A stretch of DNA of 64,000 nt. Source: the human T2T-CHM13v2.0 reference genome, Homo sapiens. Location of the stretch: the NCBI RefSeq assembly GCF_009914755.1, contig NC_060927.1; one strand, given 5' to 3'. Positions 42,896-56,771 of the stretch are shown here, one piece after another. Made by a program: the position numbers and the translations under genes. The first letter of the stretch is position 1, and each line of letters opens with the position of its first letter. The notes beneath the pieces are model-generated. The model did no database searches. It was not told the origin of the DNA and saw only the letters and a list, made by a program, of their open reading frames with translations.

Positions 42896-43554
42896 TAGAG
42901 GGCTTTCTCATATGTAGTATATTGGTATGCTCAAGGAATCCACCTGAAGATAACACCTCATCCAGTTATGATTATAATGGGCATTTTTACTAGAGAGACT
43001 ATAGACACTGTACCCTCAGTACCTGTAGTACAGAGTCTAGAACAGACGGCTCGTAATAGGAATTTTTTTGAATGAATGAAAAACCAGGCAGGCACCAGAT
43101 AGCTGAAAATATAGAGCCTTGCAGGCTTCCTTTGACCATACTGAGCAGAGTACTCATCTCGGAGGTTTCTGTTGGCAGACTGGGGAGATAGATATGATAT
43201 GTAAGTGTTCCCAATCTTTTTCCCCAAGGGAAGACGTGGTTACTTGCCCAGGACACAGTTCTGCCAGGTCTGTCACAGCATTTGGGAAGAGGTTAACATG
43301 TATCTGTCAGAGGTGTTTCCTTGCCCTGTGTATAATCAACCTCGTAGCAATACCAGGGTCGATGGGAGCAGCCATGTTGACAGCCTTGGTTTTAGTATCA
43401 GAACGTTTTGATTTGTTTATTTTACTGCTAACTTCTGTTTAAGATAGGGTCTGTTGCTGCCATTTTTTCATTGACTCTGCAAAGGCATTGTATCATACTT
43501 GCTCTTTCATGTTGTGGAAGTGCATATTTTAAAGACATTTCTAGACCTTTAAAA

Positions 43555-44195
43555 ATGTATTACTATAATTTTTGATTGACAAATCATAATCCTATACATT
43601 TATGGGGTACAATGTGATGTTTTAGTATATGTATACAATGTGGCATAATTAAATCAAGGTCATTAACATATCCATCGCCTTATCATTTTTATGGTAAGAC
43701 ATTTGAAAGTTACTGTTAGTTGGCCAGGCACAGTGGCTCGTGCCTGTAATCCCGGCACTTTGGGAGGCTGAGGCGGGCAGATCGCTTGAGGTGAGGAGTT
43801 CGAGACCAGCCTGGCCAAGATGGTGAATCCCTGTCTCTATTAAAAAATACAAAAATTAGCTGGGCATAATGGCTTGCACCTGTAATCCCAGCTACTCGGG
43901 AGGCGGAGGCTCAAGAATCACTTGAACCTAGAAAGCAGAGGTTGCACTTAGCAGAGATCACATCACACTGCACTCCAGCCTGGGTGACAGAGCGAGACCT
44001 CCCCCCAAAAAAAAATAATAAAAGAAAGAAAGAAAAGTTACCCTTACCCAAAAGAAAAGAAAGAAAGAAGAAAGGTTACTCTTATTTTGAAATATGTAAT
44101 ACTTATTATTGACTGCAGTCACCCTGCTGTGCAGTAGTCTCAAAACCCATTCCTCATGCCTGTTTGAAACTTTGTACCCCTTGATCAACAGTAAA
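43555..44195 (-). mobile_element. L1MA 3' end fragment interrupted by an Alu
   Basis: TTGATTGACAAATCATAAT...TTTATGGGGTACAATGTGATG; resumes GAAATATGTAATAC...ACTTTGTACCCCTTGATCAACA. Confidence 0.8.
43722..44070 (+). mobile_element. Alu (AluS-type) with compound tail
   Basis: GGCCAGGCACAGTGG start, full dimer, AAAGTTAC flanks. Confidence 0.93.
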
Positions 44196-44205
44196 AGCAC
44201 ATTTC

Positions 44206-44799
44206 CTTTGTTTTGTTTTGTTTTTACAGCTCAGTGTACAAGATTTTATTTAGTGATATCTGAATTTGGTTCTATCATGTATGGCCCATGTTACAAGTTC
44301 CATCTGGGTCCATTACAACTCGAACCACTCCCCCCCCAAAAAGGGAAAGAAACTTAGAAAATCAACAACTGTTTCCATGTCATTAAATATATTCATATAT
44401 AATAACCATAATATATTAGTATGCATTGGAAAGGGACACTGACCCAAACAATACATCATGGTCACAACTAAACATTTACAATTCTGAGTGAACAGAAATT
44501 CAAAACACAGGAGGGGGTCAAGGGAGGAGGTGAAGTGCATCTGGGAGCAGGGAATGGGAAGAAACGCCCAATGACAGGAGTGGGACTGGCTTGGCTTTTG
44601 GCAGGGGATGAGGCCCCACAAGTCCACATTTTGACACCCCTAGGTATGCCGTGGCTGTGGCCCACAGGAATGTCTTGTCGTGGACCGTGGCCCAATGGCC
44701 CCATCAATGAGTCTGGTTTGTCCACTCTCTGGGCTTCAGCGGGGCTTCCTTTAAGTGTTGAGAGCCTAAACGTCTTTCACTTTCCTGAAGGCAGGAACC
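44206..44799 (-). pseudogene. 5'-truncated processed retrocopy of an unidentified mRNA 3' end
   Basis: 10-bp TSD AGCACATTTC (44196-44205 / 44800-44809); degenerate poly(A) (TTTG)n at 44207-44225; minus-strand AATAAA at 44245-44250; body looks like a unique 3'UTR. Confidence 0.65.
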
Positions 44800-45137
44800 A
44801 GCACATTTCTAATGGTGACTTATCCCCATTTGTTGTACTCATAATTCCTATATAGGACAGTGAAATAAATGAGCCAGAAATATCAGAGCACCTGAACCTT
44901 TGCCCCTAACATCTGTTTTAGTGATCTTTCTGGAAAACAGAATCAGATAAAGAAGTAGAATAAGAGGAGGGCCATCTGCATGGGCTCCACGACTGCCATG
45001 GCTGAGGCTGAATTGAGGATCAGAAGTAACCAGGTTCATCTGTGAGGTCTGTGCACCTCCAATATGAGCAAGATAACTTTAGTCAAACACGTTATTATAA
45101 TTTAATAATTATACGGTTTATTTTAAAGTGTTAAAAG

Positions 45138-45450
45138 GGTCCGGGTGTGGTGGCATATACCTATAATTCCAGCTACTGGGGATGCTGAGGTGGGAGGATT
45201 GCTTGAACCCAGGAGTTAGAGTCCAGTGTGGCCAACATAGTGAGACCCCTTTTTTAAAAAAAAAAAATTTAAAAATTAGCTGAACATGGTGGTGTGTGCC
45301 TGTAGTCCTTAACTACTGGAGAGGCTGTGGCGGGAGGATTGCTTGAACCCAGGAGGTTGAGGCTGCGGTGAGCTATGATCATACCAGTGCACTCCAGCTC
45401 AGGCAGCAGAGCAAGACCCTGTGTCTAAAAATAATAATACATTTAAAAAT
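45138..45450 (+). mobile_element. Alu (AluJ-like)
   Basis: Diverged dimer; TSD AGTGTTAAAAG. Confidence 0.9.
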
Positions 45451-48400
45451 ACAGTGTTAAAAGAATACAGCATATGACCTCACAGGTATTATCACTTAGG
45501 ATGATGAGGCCAGAGTTGGTAGCAAGTGTTATAAATGAGTTAACTTAAAGAAAACATGAGGCAAATGATAGAACAGCTGGAGGCAGCAACGGCCACGCTG
45601 AAGACGGGGGAGTGGCTCGGGTTTGGGAAGCACAAAGACAGGAAGGGACAGGAGAATACAGAGCTGATCGTGAAGAAAGCTGACGTTTATTGAGTTGTCA
45701 TGTGTTGGGAACTATTCTGAATGTCTGATGTTATGTAACTCACTGTTAACTGAGCACTGCTGAGGCTTGGAGAGGTTAAACACAGCCAACAAACAGCCAA
45801 GCCAGAATCTGAACCCAGGAAGCCTAACTCAAGAGCATGAGCTCTCATCTCCGCACTCCACTGACTTACAGAAGTAAAATAACAACAAAAGCAAAGGCCC
45901 ACCCAAGACCCAACTCCACATATCACTGCAGTGACAGGCCCAACTGCATCTGCTTTCAGGTCTCTAAAAGGGACCAAGCATGGAGAGAGGCACCTTCAGA
46001 GGCAGTGTATGTCAGCTCAGATTTGCCGCGTGACCTCGAGCTATCTCCTTCCCCTTTCCAGGGGTTTGGCTTCCGTGAGCCCTCTCCCCTGTATCACCCA
46101 TGGCTCTGACTCATGGAAACCACCCCCTGCTTGGCTTGAGGCAGAGCCCCCAGGTTCTGTGATGCCCAGCAGCGTCTGATGCTGGGGAGACCACAGCAGC
46201 AGCAGCAGGAGCTGAGGGTGCCCACCTTGCCCTCCCCAGGTCCCGCAGGCTTGCTGGACAGGCTGAGCTCTTGGGGCCAAATCCCAGCAGCCCTGGAATG
46301 CCCCTGAAGAAGTTAAGCCAGGGGACAGCATGATCAGATTGGGTTTTGAGATGGTCATTATGGCCACTGGGTGGAGAACAGATTGGGTGACAGCCAGGGT
46401 GAAGTCAGAGAGCTCAGGAAGGCACCAGTTACAAATGTTCAGGCAGGAGGTGGCCTGGCCAGCAGAGGCTGTGCTAGAGATGCTAGATGTATGGTTGGGA
46501 GGTATTTGAAGGTAAGCCTGGGAGGAAGGTAAGCCTGACGCTCACATAGTGGCTGTGCTAGGAGACACTCGGGTTTCTGGCTTTCTGCCTGGCATGCACC
46601 TTCCTTTTGGATGTGGAGGAGGAGTGGTAGGAGTGCTGCTAACTGCTGCATCCCTCATCCTTACTGCTTATCCTGGATAGAGCACCACCTGCTCCTGCTG
46701 CCTGAGGTGGCTGTTTCTCTCAGAAGGAGGGCAGGACTCCACTCCAAGTCTGCTGGAAAAAGGGTTGCAAATTGATGCAGGCAGCTCTGGAGGGAGGGGA
46801 GTGAGGGTTTTGTGAGACCAGTCCATGCAGTCACTTTACTGAGCCTGATCTGAGCTCTGCCGAACAGGTGAGTTGTCCCTGACCTTTAGGCTGGGGACCA
46901 CTCCTCAGTGGAGGGAGCTGGTGGCCCTTGGCAGCACGGTGACTTGCAGCGGAGGTGGAGGTGACCCTGAGACAGGAGGGAGGCTTTGGCACACCTCAGC
47001 AAGCCTGGCGGGGTGTTATTTCTTTGTATACCTTGGTAGTAGGTATATGGCTTGTTGTAAAACACCTCATCATTTGAAAGAGAAGGCCAAAAAGCAATGT
47101 TTTTGAAAAGGAAGAAGAAAGAGGTCTGACCAGAGGGTAGCCTGTTGGCTAGTAGGTTGAGTCGTGGCTCAACCTTGGTGAGGACTGGGTTTGCCTCTGT
47201 ACACAAGTGTGCAGCCACAGTCCCCACCTCCAACCCATTATGTCAGTGGAGGCCCAGGCAGAGACAGGCCACCTTGTCCTTGCTCTGTCTGGCCCTATAG
47301 CCCCTTGTGGAGCAGGGGACCCTGCTCTGGCCTTGGCAGAGCCCCAAGCTGCTTAGGCTACAGGTACTCTGGGGTTGGGTACCTGCGGTTCTGGCTCCTA
47401 TGAAAGATACTTGAGGAGCTCCAGGATAGGCTCCTAGCTCAGCTATTCCCTAAGGCTGTTTCTCCTCCCCTGATGTCCCCCACCCGCCTCACTTCCCCCT
47501 GCCTGGGCCAGGGCCTGAGGGAAAGCTTGGCCCAGGCAGTTCAGGAAGTGGCTGCTCCCTTCCGTCCTGCCATCCGTCAGTCATTCCAGTATCTCATCCA
47601 GGCATTCCCAGAGGGCAGGAGTATTTGGTAAGGATTTAATAAGACCAAATTTTGAGTAGGAAGAAAGGTTTGTGAGTTGTCTGGGGCCACGTTGCCAATG
47701 GCAAGAGGGAGCCACTGAAGGTTTTTGGGCAGGAGAAGGGCACAGTCTTTTGTGGAATAATCAGTCTGCTGTGTAGAGAGAAGGGCTGAGAGCCCCTGCT
47801 GTGGGGATCACAGTTTGTGATTGTGCATGAGTTCACATTTGAGGACAGGGACCATGTCTGCTTCACTCACCAGTGTTTTACTCGATGCCTAGCCCATGCC
47901 TGCTTAAAGCAGACAGTCAGTAAATATGTGCTGACTGCTATGTTCATTATTTACTGGCAACGCCTGTGGAGAGTAGTCACAGGCATAGAGACATGAGACT
48001 GTCACACCTAAATGAGCTGTGATGCTCACAGCACCTGCCAAGAAGGTGAGACAGGAATCCTTGTTGCTATGCAGCTGAGTGGGAACTGATGCCCTGAGCT
48101 ATGTCTTGTCTGCAATCTAGCCGATGGCAAGGCCGGGACTAGGGGCTGGAACACACGTCCTGGATTCTGTCCACCACATCATTGCATCCCTTACTCAGGC
48201 CCAGAGCACACGGCCACCTTAAGGACTAACCCTGCCGCCTGACCAGGCCAGTCCAGATCCCAGACCACCCAGATTCAACATCTTCTGCCCGCATCCTGAG
48301 TTATTCGGGCCTTCCTCTGGCAGGGGAGCCTGCCCCCTGTCTGCAGGGAAGTGAGTCTGTCTTAACGTGTGCCAAGGCACTGGGCAGCAAGAGCCTGGTG

Positions 48401-48574
48401 TGTTCAGGGCTCCAAATGGAAGCCAGTGTGGCTGGGGGTGGGGAAGTAGGAATTTTGTGCCTGAGTCTTACTACTTGTTTTCTGTCCCCATGGCATGAAT
48501 GGGACCCCTGGTAGGTTCACTTTGCCTATGCTAAACAAAAAGCTTTAACCCTTCTTTCCCCTGCTTTGACCCAG

Positions 48575-48707
48575 CGCCTACACAGAGCCCTACAAAGTCT
48601 GTCCCATCTCGTCGGCAGCCCCCAAAGAGGACCTTACGTCGGATGAAGAGCAGAGAAGCTCGGAGGAGGAGGACAGTGCTTCAAGAGACCCCAGTGTCAC
48701 CCACAAG
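48575..48707 (+). CDS. FGD5: FGD5 next coding exon (S)AYTEPYKVCPISSAAPKEDLTSDEEQRSSEEEDSASRDPSVTHK, immediately before the DH domain
   Basis: Polypyrimidine tract plus CCAG at 48571-48574; donor AAG|GTAGGG at 48707/48708. Phase-2 entry completes AG+C = Ser with the previous exon; 133 nt, open frame, phase-0 exit. Confidence 0.95.
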
Positions 48708-50059
48708 GTAGGGCACCCCACAGGTAGGCCGTGGGCATCGGAGACGTGAGGGTGGAGAGATGGCTGTAACAGATCTGCTCCTTCCCTTGGTGCGGACGGA
48801 GCTGTTTGCAGATAGCTGGCCCCAGCTGGATGCAGGGGCTGAGACACGCAGCATCAGGGCGCTAGGAAGCATCGCCTTCTGGGGACTGGCCTCAGTGATG
48901 CAAGGGCAACTGCTCATGCCGGTATTCTCTGGAGTCTGATGAAGTTTGGGGCTTTCTGGAGGCTTTGTGGATGATGTGGAATAGAGCTGCCTGATTTGAA
49001 TGAAGACCAGCCTAGCTTCTAATGACCTTGGACACCCTGGGCCTCAGTTTCCTCATCTGTGAAGTGGAAATCATGAGGGTGAGATGTGTTAAAGGCTATC
49101 AGGGAATTTTGTGAACTGAAAAGTTTTAGATGAAAGCTGGTTTCCCTGGCCCTGCAGCAGTGCTGTGAGGGGATGGAGTTGCTGGAGGGAGGTTGCTGTC
49201 TAGAGGCTGATGGTGAGTTGGGGGCCACGTCACAGTGAAGACCCAGACCTCATTGCTGGGCACGGGTGCATCAGTGCTGATGGGGATAATATACACTCTC
49301 TATTGGACACTCATGGTGAGCCGGCCTTCACCTACTCACTGACAAAGTCCCAGCCTTTCCATACACCCCTTCTCAGAGTCATGAATCCTTTCCCACAATG
49401 TACATTTGCAGAAATGGGCAGAGGTGAAGAGCAGGCCTAGGCATGTGACTGGTAGGTGGCATCCCAGGAAGCATCACGGGGTGATATGGGGCTTAGGCAT
49501 TTGTTCTGCGGGGGACACAACCACTGCAGGGAAATGGGCTAGGAAGGGTGAAATGCCCCCACCCAACCCACCCATCTGCCAGGCCATGCCTGCATGTTGA
49601 GAGGTGACTGGAGAGGCAAAGAGTGAAGCGCCCCCTTCGCCCGCTTCCCAGCAGACCTCAGCACCTTTTTCGGCACCTGCCTCCCACTCTCCATCATCCC
49701 TCCCCTTCCAAGCCTAGGTTAGTTTTGCTACATTGATTAAAGACCATTGCAAGTGAATGCACTCAGCACAGGTGCCTGACACTTACCAAGCATTGGCCAA
49801 ATGGGGATATCTCATTTTCTCTCCACAAAGGTGATTTCTTTTAAAAGTCCATTGATCTCTCTGGACTGTGTTTTCATAAAGTTACCTACCAAGTGCTACA
49901 GGAGCCCTCAAGAGAGTTACTCCCCTCTTCTCCTGCCTCTTCCCCCTCAGTCCCTTCTCTCTCCAGTGGCTCCTTCACACCCTCCCCACCCCCTTCCCCT
50001 CTCACTCATCTCCCCGCTGCCTCTTCCTCTCTAGGTACTGAGCCACGTATCTGGCACTG

Positions 50060-50250
50060 TCCTGAGGTTGTCCATGTTTGTCATCTCCTTGACTCCTTAC
50101 AACAGCTTCAAAGTTGGCACCATTACTCCTGTTTTACAGTTGAGGACACAGAGGTTCTGAGAGGTTAAGTAACTTGCCCAAGGCCACACAGCTAGTGAAT
50201 GAAGGGGTCAGGTCTCAAGCACAGCTCTGGCTGGCTCCAAGTCCAGTGTT
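50060..50250 (-). mobile_element. MIR
   Basis: TTTTACAGTTGAGGACACAGAGG...GAGGTTAAGTAACTTGCCCAAGGCCACACAGCTAGT. Confidence 0.8.
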
Positions 50251-53200
50251 GCCTATCACTGCGGGCCTTCTCTGACCTCTCCACTCCTCCTCTCCCAAGA
50301 AGGAGTATTGTCTCCTTGTGGAGAAGGGAGGAGAGCCTTGAGTTAGTCGTGCCCATTTAGAGATGATTTTGGCTTTTCTGGGCATCCCTGAGGTCATGGA
50401 ATCTGGGAGCAGAAAGAGATAGTTGCCATCAGAGATTTGGTCCCCACCCTGAAACCAGGAATTGGGTACTGGCCGCGAGAACGTCGGAGGGCTGATGGAG
50501 CAGTGGAGCCCACCATGCACAACTCTGTACCTCAGAGTCCCCACCCGCCTTGTGATGTACCCCACCACGGTCACTGAGTTCTCTTTTAAACCCTCCTCTG
50601 GGACCCCCCACATCTCTTCTTCCGGCTATGTCACTGCAGGCCAGTCATTCCCCATCTCTGAAAGAGAGCACTAATAGTAACTGCGGGGCTGTGGGAGGGT
50701 TGAATGGGAACACAAATGTGAGAGTGCCGGCCATACAATAGGGGTGTAGTAATTATCTGTTGTTTCTGAATCCTTGAGACAGAGGGGGAGTATGGAAAGA
50801 GAGGGCCTGTCCTGCTCAGAACCATTCTAAAGGTATGAATGTGCAATTCTGGGGCCCTGGACATTGGCTATTACCCAGGATCTGGTCTCCCGGCCACTGC
50901 TTGGACACTCCCAGGACTAAGGAGCTAGCAAGAGGTAGAGCAGCCTAGGGACTAAGAAGTTCAGACTCAGCTTTGTCCCTTGCTGGCTGAGTGACTTGGG
51001 CAACTTCCTGACCACTCTGCTCGTAGGATTCCCCATCTGTAAGGTTGGGATAGTAGTAATAGTACCTGCTTCAGAATAGTTACGAAGGTAAATAAGTCTA
51101 AGGAGAACTAGAACAATGCATGCCACTCAGGAAAGAAGCATACCAAGGTCAGAGCTTTTGATTGAGACTAGGAGCCTGAACAGGGAAGCAATCTGCCCAA
51201 GTTCAGCCGGGACTCAGCAGTGACGCACTGGGGTCATGAAGCTGGGGCAGCCCTGCCATGGACAGGGGTCCTTCATGTGTCCTGTGGGGGCCAGAGCCAG
51301 GCAGAGCCTGTGGCCAGCCAGAGCAAGGCCAGGGTCAGAGGCAGGAGCATCCATCCGGTCATCCCAAGAGCAGGGAGGGGGTGGGTGAGTCTAGGCTCAT
51401 CTTTCCAGCAGGTCAGTTCACTCACCAGAGTCCAGACTTCTCATCAGCTATAGGGTTGGACATCCGTGCCCTCCTCCCCCTCATTCTTCTTTATAAGGCT
51501 TGCATTATATACCAGAATTGAAGTCAAAACCTACACTTTAATTGCACAAGGCATGCTCTACCACGGAATATGTAAATCACTGCAGATGAGGGTGAAAGTC
51601 CCCTCGAACTCTCATTCCTATTCCCCATTCCCTTAAACACACAGTATATTGTTTTGTGGATTTGTTGTTTTTACATATATGATATCAAACTATAAGAAAC
51701 CTGAAGTAACTTAGTTGGGTTCCTTCAGTAATATCCCAGAGGTATTCCCACATTGATACATAGAGTTCTGAGTTAAATGTTTTTCTGGCTGCATAGTATT
51801 CCATTTTCCAGATGTGCTATGGTTTATTTAGCCATCTCCTCACTGCAGTATTCTTACAGTGTTTCTAGTTTCATCAGCATTGCAGTGAACTTGTTCACAT
51901 ACCTCCTTATGCACATAAAAGGTTTTCTGAAGGGTAGATCCCAGAAGGCAATCAATGGACCAGAGAGCAGGCATATTTTAAATCTCCATATCCACTACCA
52001 TGTGACAGTCCCCCAAGAGGCTGTGACAGCAGACTCCCTGGCCACCCTTGGTGCCCAGAGCTCCCCAACCACGGAACCACTGTGGAGATGGGAAGGGAGG
52101 TTTCCCAAGTGAGTGACCTTCCCCACTTTTCTGCAGGAAGATTTTTGGTAGGGTGGGGGTGGGGAGAAGGGTCATGTCTCCATCCTCATTTGTCTTCCAC
52201 TGTGGTTTAGAATTCAGTTTCTCCAAAAGGCAAAGACCTCTCATCTCCATGCCCTAGTCACATCGTGTGGGACGTGGGAGCAAGATTTTCTGTCTCCACC
52301 ACCTCAGAAGAGCAGACCAGGGAAGGTGTGATTGAGGAGTGGTCACCCTGTGGGCCCCGGGAGGTGTTTTTGGGGGTGCAGTGGTGAGGCCTACCCTTCC
52401 TGGATGTTTTGGAGCAGCCAAGTCATGATAGGAGAGGTTTTGGGAGCAGGACAGGAGGCTGAGCCCCACTGGTCCACCCACATGTCTGACCTCTCCTCGC
52501 TCCCACTCGTAGACACACAAAGGCTGTAGGTGGAAGGAAAGAGGAAGGGAGAGAAGGAAAGCAAGAAAGACTTAAAAATAGCTCTCCTTATGAAAGGAGA
52601 CATTCAAAGACTCGCTGACGTGTCGGCCCTCCCTGACAATGAGTCTAATGGGGCCTTTTCAGGCTAAATACCAGCTCCCCCGAGACCAGCCCAGTAGCCA
52701 GCAGCCCCTCCCAGGGACCCCCTCCCCCACCTGAGTCTCATGGCCACATTTGTTTCCCAGTCTGGCCTGTTTCTGGAACAGACCCTTCCTGTCCTCACGC
52801 CCTCTGTGGCAGGTCTGCTCCTGCCCAGCAGGGCCCACATGCCCAGAGCTCTGCTCTTGCCGGGCCGGCTGACCGGTGTCCCTGGTCCTTGCACCTGTAG
52901 CCTCACCTTGACCATCCGCCCCCAATTAAAGGGTCCACCTGAGCCCTGGTTGTTGCCATTGGACCAGTCCCCAGCTGGGGTTAAACACCACCATGCACTT
53001 TCTCTGTGCTATGGACTTCTAGAGCTAGATTCACAGCTGCACACTGGCTCCACTGCAAACTCTTGCTTCTCCTGGGCCCCGGGGAAGGGGCTCTGAACCA
53101 CAGCCTGTGCTTCCCACTCCCAGAAAACAATACTCATCTCCTAGTGAACATGAACTTTCTCCACTGTCTGCCTCTCTTCTGTCTGTATCTTCACTCAGTT

Positions 53201-53456
53201 ACTCCCAGTCCCTCCTCTTCTTCCACAGAAACTTATTTATTAAATATATACTGAGCGTCTACTCTGTGCCTGGCTCATTGTCAGGGAGGACCAACATGCA
53301 AGCACCCTTTCAAGGGCTGAAGACACAGCAATGACAAGTCAGACCAGTCCCTGCCTGCCCTGTTGGAGTTTCACATTCTAGAGAAGGGGATGGAAGGTAA
53401 ACCAGAAAACTCCTAAGATGGGATTAGGTGGTAACAAGTGCTATAAAAAACAAACT

Positions 53457-53851
<395 letters not shown>

Positions 53852-53854
53852 TCA

Positions 53855-54525
53855 TTTTTCTATTTTTAAAAAATTGTGGGAAAATACACATAACATAAAA
53901 TCCACCATCGTAACCATTTTTAAGTGTGCAGTGCAGTAGCATGAAGCACATTACATTGCCATGCAGCCATCAACACCATTCATTTCCAGAGCTTTTTCCT
54001 CTTCCCAAACTGAAACTCTGCCCCCTTTAGACACTGACTCCCCATTCCTCCTCCCCTATCCCCTGGCAGCCACCGTTCCACTTCCTGTCTCTATGAGTTC
54101 AGTTACTCTAGGGACTTCACATGAGTGGAATCCTACAGTATTTGCTCTTTTGTGAGTGGCTTATAGACTTAGCATAATGTCCTCAAGGTTCATCCACTCT
54201 GTAGCATGGGTTGGAATTCTTTCCCCTTTAATACTGAGTTTGATTCCGTTGTATGGGTGGACTGTATTTTGTTTGCCCATTCATTCATTGACAGATGCAT
54301 GGGTTGCTTTCACCTCTTGGCTGTTGCGAATGGTACTGCTGTGAACGTGGGTGCACAGATCTCTCTAAGACCCTGCTTTCAGTTCTTGTAAGTATATGCC
54401 CTGAAGTGGGATTGCTGTATTATATGGCGATTCTGTGTTTAGTTTTTTGAGGAACTGCCATATAGTTTTCCACAGCAGCCACACCCTCTTAACATTCCTG
54501 CCAATAGCGCAGAAGGGTTCCAATT
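53855..54525 (-). mobile_element. L1MB-type 3' fragment
   Basis: TAACCATTTTTAAGTGTGCAG, CTTAGCATAATGTCCTCAAGGTTCATCC, TTTTTGAGGAACTGCCA. Confidence 0.85.
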
Positions 54526-54789
54526 CCCAGGGAGGGGCTCTTGGATGAGGAAGACACATCTGTGAGGGAACGGAATGGCATGAGGGAGCCCGAATGGCAT
54601 GAGGGAGCCCGCACTGTGAAGCCCTAGGGCAGAGCCTTCCAGGCAGAGGAGAGCAGTGCAAGGGCAGGAGGGCGGAGAGAGTCTGTGAGCCAGAGCCTAG
54701 GAGGTCATTGTGGCTGGAGCAAGGTGAGGTTGGGGAAAGAAGGGGAGCGGGAGCTGGAGAGATTCGTCAGGTCTTCCCTCAGGCCATGG

Positions 54790-55785
54790 CCATATTGAAG
54801 CCTCCCTCACTCCTCCACCTCCCTTACTGCTGTCGCTGGTGCTGCACAACCCTCTTGATACCCAGGAGCCAGGCTCCCTTCCGCCGTCCACTTCAGACCC
54901 CTCTTACACAAGCCCTGAGCCTCAGCCCTGGTGGCCTCACCTCCTTGGGAACAAACATCCTCTTCCCTGGGCTTGCCTGACAGTCCTCTCCTGGTTCTCC
55001 TTCGTTTCTGACTGTGCAACTCTGTCAACTCTGCTGTCTTAGGCATTTCCCAAGGCTCCACCGCCCCCAGACCCCATCCTTCATTCTGTGCCCTCTTCGC
55101 CGGCAGCCCGTTCCAGCCATGGCCAGCCCTACGCAGGTGGCATCCCAGAGCACACCATCTGGCCTGACCCCAGACTTGAGCTTCTTGGTGCCCTTTAGGG
55201 ACCTTCTTGGAAGCCCCATAGATGCTTCAAACTCAACACATCCCATACCAAGCTCATCCTCTTCCCATCCCCGGCCTGCCTGCTTCCTGTGTTTGCTATT
55301 CTGGATGTTAGCACCAGATGTGGAAGATCTGAATTCCTGACGTGTCATCTTCTTATTGCCATGTCTTAATCACAGATCAGAGAAAATTCAGTAGACACCC
55401 AGTTCTTCGACCAGACATCATGCAAGATACAAAACGAGTTCTGTCTGCTCCTTAAACCCACCTCAGACCCTTTGCCATTGGAGTTTCCTCCACCAGAAGT
55501 GTGCTCCCTGCCCTTTGCCTGGCTGGCTACAGGTCTCAATTTGAATGTCACCTCCTCAGAGAGGGCTCCTAGATCTTCTGCCATACTCTGTCACAGCATT
55601 CCTGGCTATTTCCTTATGCTGTAGTCTTGTTCTTCATTCCTCTGTTTTCTTGCCCATCGTTTGCCTTTCCCTGGCAGTCGTTCCAGGAGGGCAGACACTG
55701 TGTTTATCCTGTTCATGGGTGCGTCCTTGCTGCCTAGTACATTAAGATATAGTCAATGAATATCTTCAAATAAGTTAATAAACAA
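54790..55785 (+). mobile_element. L2 remnant(s)
   Basis: AATGTCACCTCCTCAGAGAGG and a 3'-end-like TGCCTAGTACA...TCAATGAATAT. Confidence 0.6.
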
Positions 55786-56364
55786 AAGAATACATTAGGC
55801 CCAGTTCCTGCATTTACATAAGAAAAACAAACTCGAATGTCTGACAGTTTAATAAAATGAAAACACTTGTTTGGCTCTGTGTAACTTACTCTGCACAGTG
55901 AGTGATGGAGCTGGGAGTCCAACCTGCATTTTTGATATTCCTGTTGCTTCACCCTGGCTCCCCCATAGCCATGCAGAGAGTGCTGCATTTCAGTACAGTA
56001 ACACAAGAGACATTGCAAGGCGGGTGACAGAGGAGAGGGAGGGAGGCAGACACAACTCAGAGGGGACGGGAGAGAAGAGGGGCTCCAAGGTTCTGGAGGG
56101 CGTCCTGGGTACGTGTATGCCTCACACGCCTTGCTGAGGTCCTTGGGGGGCTTGAAGGCAGCCAGGGCCAAAGGGCTGGGCAGGTTAGGATCCCCTGGCC
56201 CTGGGACAGCTTGTTCTGTGGCTGAGTTTCCTCAGTCAAAAGGGGAGTCTCAGACATGCCCTTTGCCCTAGTGTTTGGTATGTGGTCCACAGATGATACT
56301 CAGTCTTGCTTTCTCCTTCCTGACTTGGCAGTGGTCACTCTCTCTCGCTCTTCATGGCCTATGG

Positions 56365-56520
56365 CCAAAGTGCCATATGTGGACGAACAGCACCCTAGCA
56401 TCTGGGGGATCATTAGAAACACAGTATCCCAGGTCCCACCCCATACTTGCCGAACCCAGATCTGCCTGTTGACAAGATCCTCAGTGACTCACGTGTGCTC
56501 ACTTAAGTCTGAACTCTGGC
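56365..56520. mobile_element. MER5A-like DNA transposon
   Basis: TTAGAAACACAG...CAGGTCCCACCCC...ATCTGC...ACAAGATCCTCAGTGACTC. Confidence 0.6.
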
Positions 56521-56771
56521 CCATGTGCAGCAATCACCCAGTCTATGTGGAGCACTTGTGGTGCCCTCGGCTCTGGGAGATGCCACAGAAGAAGCTAATG
56601 GGGTCCCAACTTTGGGGAACTTAACAGTTGAGTTGGAGAATGAAAAAGCAATTCATGTGATGATCTTTAAACTTTATATTCATATTTTATGTACTTCTCT
56701 GAATGTTGTACTCTGAATGTTGTATGTCACACTTTAAAAAAATAAACCAAGGTTTCACATGAGATGGAAGG

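Noticed and set aside
54573-54611. GAATGGCATGAGGGAGCCC x2 (similar short duplications at 22920-22955 and 34005-34055)
   Set aside because: Two-copy local slippage duplications; not an array, no spacers, not CRISPR-like.
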